A stretch of 32,000 nucleotides of DNA from an uncultured bacterium (GTDB lineage: Bacteria; Patescibacteriota; Gracilibacteria; UBA1369; PNNO01), in NCBI GenBank assembly GCA_963704705.1, contig OY969931.1:570001-602000 (forward strand). The letters are read 5' to 3'. The translations under genes and the position numbers were made by a program. The notes under the pieces are model-generated. The model saw only the letters and a program-made list of their open reading frames with translations, searched no databases and had not been told where the DNA came from. Of this stretch, positions 27,517-32,000 are shown in pieces. Positions within the stretch are counted from its first letter, which is position 1. Each line of letters starts with the position of its first letter.

Positions 27517-27531
27517 CATAATGTTTTAATT

Positions 27532-28143
27532 ATGAGATCCCATCCTTTGGAATTAAAGTTTGCAAAGGAGGGGATTTTTGATATAGCTGGATTAGATGAG
27601 GCAGGCAGAGGACCTTGGGCCGGGCCTTTAGTGGCTTCGGCTGTTATTTTCCCAAATAAATTCAGGATTGCGGGTATTAATGATTCAAAACAATTAACTG
27701 GGCTTCGACGTATTGTTTTGTTTGCTCAAATTATAAAAAAATGTGATGTTGGAGTCGGAATTGTGTCATCAAAATATATAGACAAACATGGATTGACAAA
27801 AGCTTTAAATATGGCATACCAAAAAGCGATCAAGAGGTTGTCTAGACAGCCAAAATATGTTCTTGTAGATGGTATTGGTAAGTATGATTTTGATATTGAT
27901 TATGAAACAATAAAAAAGGGAGATACAAAAGTTCGTGTTATTGCTGCAGCTTCGATTGTTGCAAAAGTTGTGCGAGACACAATTATGGATTCATATTCAT
28001 TAAAATATCCCAAATATGGATTTGATAAACATAAAGGTTATGGAACAAGACAACATCATCAAAATTTGCTAAAGTACGGTGTGTGCGAATTGCACAGGCA
28101 AAGTTTTGCACCAATAAAAGCTATTCAAAATGAATCAAAATAG
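27532..28143 (+). CDS. rnhB: Ribonuclease HII
   Basis: IAGLDEAGRGPWAGPLVASAVIFP, DSKQLT, YVLVDGIGKYDFD, IAAASIVAKVVRD, YGFDKHKGYGTRQH. Confidence 0.95.
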   Translation: MRSHPLELKFAKEGIFDIAGLDEAGRGPWAGPLVASAVIFPNKFRIAGINDSKQLTGLRRIVLFAQIIKKCDVGVGIVSSKYIDKHGLTKALNMAYQKAIKRLSRQPKYVLVDGIGKYDFDIDYETIKKGDTKVRVIAAASIVAKVVRDTIMDSYSLKYPKYGFDKHKGYGTRQHHQNLLKYGVCELHRQSFAPIKAIQNESK

Positions 28144-29185
28144 TCAAAATATAGTTGTTTGCGGCCATTATGGCTCAACAAATATTGGTGATGAGGCAAT
28201 TGGTCTTTCAATTATCCAAAGCTTAAAAAAGACCAATCCCAGTTCAAATATAATTTTTTTAAGCTATAATCCTGCAAATACTAAGCAATATTTAGGTGTA
28301 AAAAGCGAATATTTGCTTCCGCTTGGCTTTAGATCCTTATTAAAAGGCAGGTTATTTAAAACACTTAAAGTAATTAAAAACTGCGATAAGTTTATCTTAG
28401 GTGGAGGCGGGCTCTTTACTGATGAAAAATTATTTGCTGTTTTTTTATGGGGATTGCATGCTTTTTGCGCTTACAAATACAAAAAACCTGTAATTATGCT
28501 TGGCCAGAGTGTTGGTCCTTTAAATACCGGAGTAGGGAAGTGGATTATAAAGAAATGTTTTAAAAAAGCCACTGAAATTAATGTCCGGGATACTGAATCA
28601 AAGCAACTCTTAATAAATTTAGGGATAAAAAAAGAAATTAAAGTATCTCCTGATCTTGTTTTTAATTTAGAAATTACAGAAAAATCTAATGTTGAGAATT
28701 TGAATAAAAAAGTTGAACAAATGGGGTTGAAAGGTTATTTTATCGTGTCTTTGCGTCCTTGGCCAAAAAATACAAAAATTTTGTATAAAAAAATTAATCA
28801 CCTTCTGAATTCAATTGTTGAAAAATATAAGTTGCTACCTGTATTTATACCGTTCCAATCACTGCATCAAAATGACGAAGGATTGATGCACAAAATTGTT
28901 GAACAAAGCAAGGTGAAATACCCTATTTTGATACAAAAGTTTGATCAAGATATTTTTAGGGTATTATCTCTAATAAAAAATGCTGAATTTACATTGGGTA
29001 TGAGATTACATTCTTTGATTTTTTCAATTATCCAAAATGTACCAATCATTGCTTTATCATATTCTCCAAAAATAAAAAATATGCTTAAAGATCAGGGTTT
29101 ATCTGAATTTATTGTTGAACTTGATGACCCAGATAAAATATTAAGTTTGGTTGATAAAATTATGATTAAAAATAAAAATAATTAA
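28130..29185 (+). CDS. Polysaccharide pyruvyl transferase family protein (CsaB/WcaK-like)
   Basis: VVCGHYGSTNIGDEAIGLSIIQSLK, FILGGGGLFTDEKLFAVFLWG, PVIMLGQSVGPL, LGMRLHSLIFS. Confidence 0.88.
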   Translation: MNQNSQNIVVCGHYGSTNIGDEAIGLSIIQSLKKTNPSSNIIFLSYNPANTKQYLGVKSEYLLPLGFRSLLKGRLFKTLKVIKNCDKFILGGGGLFTDEKLFAVFLWGLHAFCAYKYKKPVIMLGQSVGPLNTGVGKWIIKKCFKKATEINVRDTESKQLLINLGIKKEIKVSPDLVFNLEITEKSNVENLNKKVEQMGLKGYFIVSLRPWPKNTKILYKKINHLLNSIVEKYKLLPVFIPFQSLHQNDEGLMHKIVEQSKVKYPILIQKFDQDIFRVLSLIKNAEFTLGMRLHSLIFSIIQNVPIIALSYSPKIKNMLKDQGLSEFIVELDDPDKILSLVDKIMIKNKNN

Positions 29186-29276
29186 ATTCAAACTTTTTTT
29201 GTAATGAAAGCCAATTTTTAAGATTTTCTTTAATAGCTGGCTTGTTATATCTATATATGTATATTAACAAAAGATG

Positions 29277-29305
29277 TTGACAAGTTAGCAAGTATATTAT
29301 ATACT
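29277..29305 (+). promoter_or_regulatory. Strong sigma70-type promoter TTGACA-N17-TATACT
   Basis: TTGACA at 29277-29282, 17-bp spacer, TATACT at 29300-29305. Confidence 0.7.
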
Positions 29306-29349
29306 TCTCCCTAATTATTCTTGGTATGATGTATAGTTTTACGCTTTTA

Positions 29350-29500
29350 AAAGCGCCAATTCAATACTAATGGCGTCCCGGTTATCCGGGTCTCTTTGGT
29401 GAATTGGTGACTTAAAAGCTTTGCTCGTACGCGAGGATAATTATGTACTTTGACAATTAGTTGCGGATAATAACTAATAAAACAAATCTAAAAATATTTT
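29350..29500 (+). promoter_or_regulatory. Putative rRNA-operon leader (boxA-like, structured)
   Basis: Hairpins ccaattca...tgaattgg and cccggttatccggg, then a tactttgacaatt boxA-like motif, downstream of a strong promoter. No 16S sequence follows. Confidence 0.35.
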
Positions 29501-29712
29501 CAAAACAACCAAGAATAACCCGGTTTTTCCGGTATATATAAACCAACCTGCCCTAAGATACTGTGAGCCTGCAAAAGAGGAAATGAAAGCGCAGTCAAAA
29601 GAAGTCAAATGGGCACAACCTTCAACCCTCAACGTCAGAAATCACAACGACAGAAGCTACAGGCTTCTTGCCACACAGCAGCCGGACTTTAAGGCCGGCA
29701 GGAGGAATCGAG

Positions 29713-30861
29713 ATGGACAGACTCAATCGTTTGGTGCTCTGTATGGGCGCCGCCTTCATGGTCTTCGTGATGGCCATTCCCATGGCCAACGCGCAGGCCG
29801 ATCCCGACAACGATCCGGTCGCGGTGTGTGACATCGCGGCGGGACCCGGTGGGCTCAGGGTATTCCCCTGGGCGCCCGGCGATAAGGAGCTGGCAGTGCG
29901 CCTCGAGTACGCGGAATTGCGTACGCTCTTTATCTACAAGGAGTGTGGGGGGAAGGACGACATCCCCGTGGTCAAGATCGAGGGGACCAATTACATCACG
30001 ACCAAAACCAGATGGGAGGACGAGAACGACCCCAAGGTCGTCTACAGCGGTCATCGGATCTTTATGCTCGCGCAGCGAAAGCGCGACATCAACAATGGCC
30101 GCGGGTTCCCGATGACGATCACGACGAGTCAGAAGACCTTCCACCTGCGGATCTTCGTCATCCCGAGCGTTTCCATGGCCGGTCAGGCCGATCGCAATGC
30201 TCGGGTCATCAACGAATGGAACAAGAGCCAGGCTTTGCTGGCCAAGCGTGTGGTCGCAAACGAGAAGCGAAGCATCAATGCCCGAAGGGCTGATGTGGAG
30301 CTCTCGCTTTACGGCTTCTTCGCCGGCGAGACTCCGGGACATCCGGGTGGTGGTATGGGCATCTCGTCCAACATCATCCTTGGCAAGTTCGCGAAGGACG
30401 TGGTGCAGCTCGGCTTGAGCCCGCACATCTCTTTCATGCGCTACCAGCTCCAGATCGAGGGGCTTCCCCCTGACGGAGCGCTGAACCGCGACATGAACTC
30501 GACTGAATGGGACTTTGGTCTCAGTTTTCTCCTTCGTATCCAGCCCTTCAAGTACTTGTACTTCGATGGGAAACTGGGCTTCTCCCTGCGTGTCGTTGAC
30601 AACAGCGACGCCATGACCTGGCAGGAGGACTACCCCACCTACCAGATCTACGGGATCAACGGCAGCACCGCCAAGATGGCGGTGCTCAACTGGAGCATCG
30701 GTATCTACTTCCCGGTAGCACGGAACTTCGCTTTCGGAGTGTCCTACATGGGCACCGTATCCCTGACGAAGCAGGCCTGTGTGCTCAGTGCAACCACTGA
30801 CCACAACATGTGCAATTCCTTCAACCACAGCGGCGCGGTCGAAATCCGCGCACGCTTCTAG
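29713..30861 (+). CDS. Predicted outer-membrane beta-barrel-like protein, about 382 aa
   Basis: Start ATG 29713 with an aggagg-like site upstream (the track start at 29668 is probably too long). Signal peptide LVLCMGAAFMVFVMAIPMANAQA; alternating beta-strand-like C-terminal half ending in ...VEIRARF with terminal Phe, typical of outer-membrane proteins. Confidence 0.75.
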   Translation: MDRLNRLVLCMGAAFMVFVMAIPMANAQADPDNDPVAVCDIAAGPGGLRVFPWAPGDKELAVRLEYAELRTLFIYKECGGKDDIPVVKIEGTNYITTKTRWEDENDPKVVYSGHRIFMLAQRKRDINNGRGFPMTITTSQKTFHLRIFVIPSVSMAGQADRNARVINEWNKSQALLAKRVVANEKRSINARRADVELSLYGFFAGETPGHPGGGMGISSNIILGKFAKDVVQLGLSPHISFMRYQLQIEGLPPDGALNRDMNSTEWDFGLSFLLRIQPFKYLYFDGKLGFSLRVVDNSDAMTWQEDYPTYQIYGINGSTAKMAVLNWSIGIYFPVARNFAFGVSYMGTVSLTKQACVLSATTDHNMCNSFNHSGAVEIRARF

Positions 30862-30886
30862 AACACGAACGAGAGGAGAAGAGACC

Positions 30887-32000
30887 ATGAAACGTAACTG
30901 TATCATGGCCCTGGCCACGGCATTGATCGTGGCCACGGGCTGCAACCCAAGCGGTCTGGAGCATCAGTGCTTCGAGGGGAGCTGCGGACAGGACAGCGGC
31001 GTCGTGGTTCAACCCGACGCCAACGTCAACAACAACAACGACGGCTCGACGGTGCACCCCGACACCGGAGTGATCGTGCCCCACTGCGGGGACAATCACT
31101 GCGATCCGGGGGAGACCGCCAACGACTGCCCTCAGGACTGCGAATCAGTCTGTGGGAACGGCGTGATCGAACCCAACGAGCAGTGCGACGACGGCAACTC
31201 CGATCCCGGCGATGGCTGCAGCCCGTCCTGCGAGGACGAGTATTGTGGCGACGGGATCATCCAGGTGGAACTGGATGAGGAGTGCGACGACGGCAACACG
31301 GCCTCCGGCGACGGCTGCGACACCAACTGTATCCTCGAGTACTGCGGCGACGGCGTGATTCAGATCACGCTGGGCGAGCAGTGCGACGACGGCAACGTCG
31401 TCTCCAACGACGGGTGCAGCGCTACCTGCCAGGTGGAGCAGCCGCTTTGCGGCAATCACACCCTGAATCCCGGCGAGGAATGCGACGACGGCAACACGGC
31501 CTCCGGCGACGGATGCAGCGCAAGCTGTATCCGTGAGTTCTGCGGCGACGGTGTGCTACAAGTCAGCCTCGGCGAGGAGTGCGATGATGGCAACATCATC
31601 AACGGAGACACCTGCAACGCCAGCTGCCAGGTCGAATTCTGCGGCGATAACATCGCTCAGGTCGGCCTCGGTGAGGAATGCGACGACGGCAACAACGTCG
31701 ACGGAGACGGGTGCGATTCCAACTGCTTGCTCGAGACGCCGACCCTTTGCGGGGACGGCAATCTCGACCTCGGTGAGCAGTGTGACGACGGCAACACGAC
31801 CCCCGGCGACGGCTGCACTGCCTTCTGTCAGCTCGAGTTCTGCGGTGACGGTGTCACCCAGATCGGCCTGGGAGAGCAGTGCGACGACGCCAACATCGTG
31901 TCCGGCGACGGCTGCAGCGCCACCTGCCAGGTGGAGAGCTGCGGCGACGGCATCATCCAGGTCGGCCTGGGAGAGCAGTGCGACGATGGGAATCTGATTC
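30887..32000 (+). CDS. Lipoprotein with Cys-rich (DUF4215/Myxococcus cys-rich repeat-like) tandem repeats, truncated by the window edge; missing from the ORF track
   Basis: Manual translation: [37 protein letters not shown]... (lipobox VATGC) then nine visible E(E/Q)CDD(G/A)N units. No stop before 32000; gaggagaagaga upstream of the ATG. Confidence 0.88.
   Translation, partial: MKRNCIMALATALIVATGCNPSGLEHQCFEGSCGQDSGVVVQPDANVNNNNDGSTVHPDTGVIVPHCGDNHCDPGETANDCPQDCESVCGNGVIEPNEQCDDGNSDPGDGCSPSCEDEYCGDGIIQVELDEECDDGNTASGDGCDTNCILEYCGDGVIQITLGEQCDDGNVVSNDGCSATCQVEQPLCGNHTLNPGEECDDGNTASGDGCSASCIREFCGDGVLQVSLGEECDDGNIINGDTCNASCQVEFCGDNIAQVGLGEECDDGNNVDGDGCDSNCLLETPTLCGDGNLDLGEQCDDGNTTPGDGCTAFCQLEFCGDGVTQIGLGEQCDDANIVSGDGCSATCQVESCGDGIIQVGLGEQCDDGNLI

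Noticed and set aside
29689-31997. Overlapping ORFs in the GC-rich end (29689..30945 -, 29828..30115 +, 29943..30293 +, 30821..31099 -, 30967..31278 +, 31132..31326 -, 31145..31459 -, 31282..31536 +, 31456..31653 -, 31533..31997 +)
   Set aside because: GC-rich DNA has few stops. The barrel gene frame and the 30887-32000 Cys-rich frame have coherent signal peptides, motifs and repeats; the others do not.

Overview
This is an AT-rich chromosomal window, probably Patescibacteria/CPR (Parcubacteria-like), that switches abruptly to GC-rich DNA near 29.5 kb. From left to right it holds: (1) an O-antigen-ligase-like protein and an S-layer-homology (SLH) protein; (2) a probable integrated mobile element of about 9.2 kb (about 3.96-13.18 kb). 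Its right end is a large serine recombinase gene whose 3' end runs antisense into the CCA end of a tRNA-His(GTG) gene. It carries a SpoVG-like protein, a gene II/X-like Rep protein, a structured intergenic RNA-like element, a lipoprotein, and a cargo block of an OLD-family ATPase/TOPRIM protein, an uncharacterised (possibly YaaC/HEPN-like) protein and a coiled-coil membrane protein, which is a candidate undescribed defence module; (3) a cluster of very GC-rich perfect palindromes and degenerate repeats beside the tRNA; (4) a compact minus-strand operon of seven genes (about 24.6 to 13.7 kb) encoding large, low-complexity or coiled-coil proteins of unknown function and ending in a secreted HEMGH metallopeptidase and a strong terminator. 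I recovered one 57-aa member missing from the ORF track, and found that the first gene has an 88-codon in-frame extension with no ATG/GTG/TTG; (5) housekeeping genes tig, rplS and rnhB, an HTH regulator with an inverted-repeat operator candidate, and a pyruvyl-transferase-like gene; (6) an rRNA-leader-like promoter region followed by GC-rich DNA encoding an outer-membrane-barrel-like protein and a Cys-rich repeat lipoprotein. The last part may be an assembly chimera. No homology searches were possible, so family calls are from motif recognition only.
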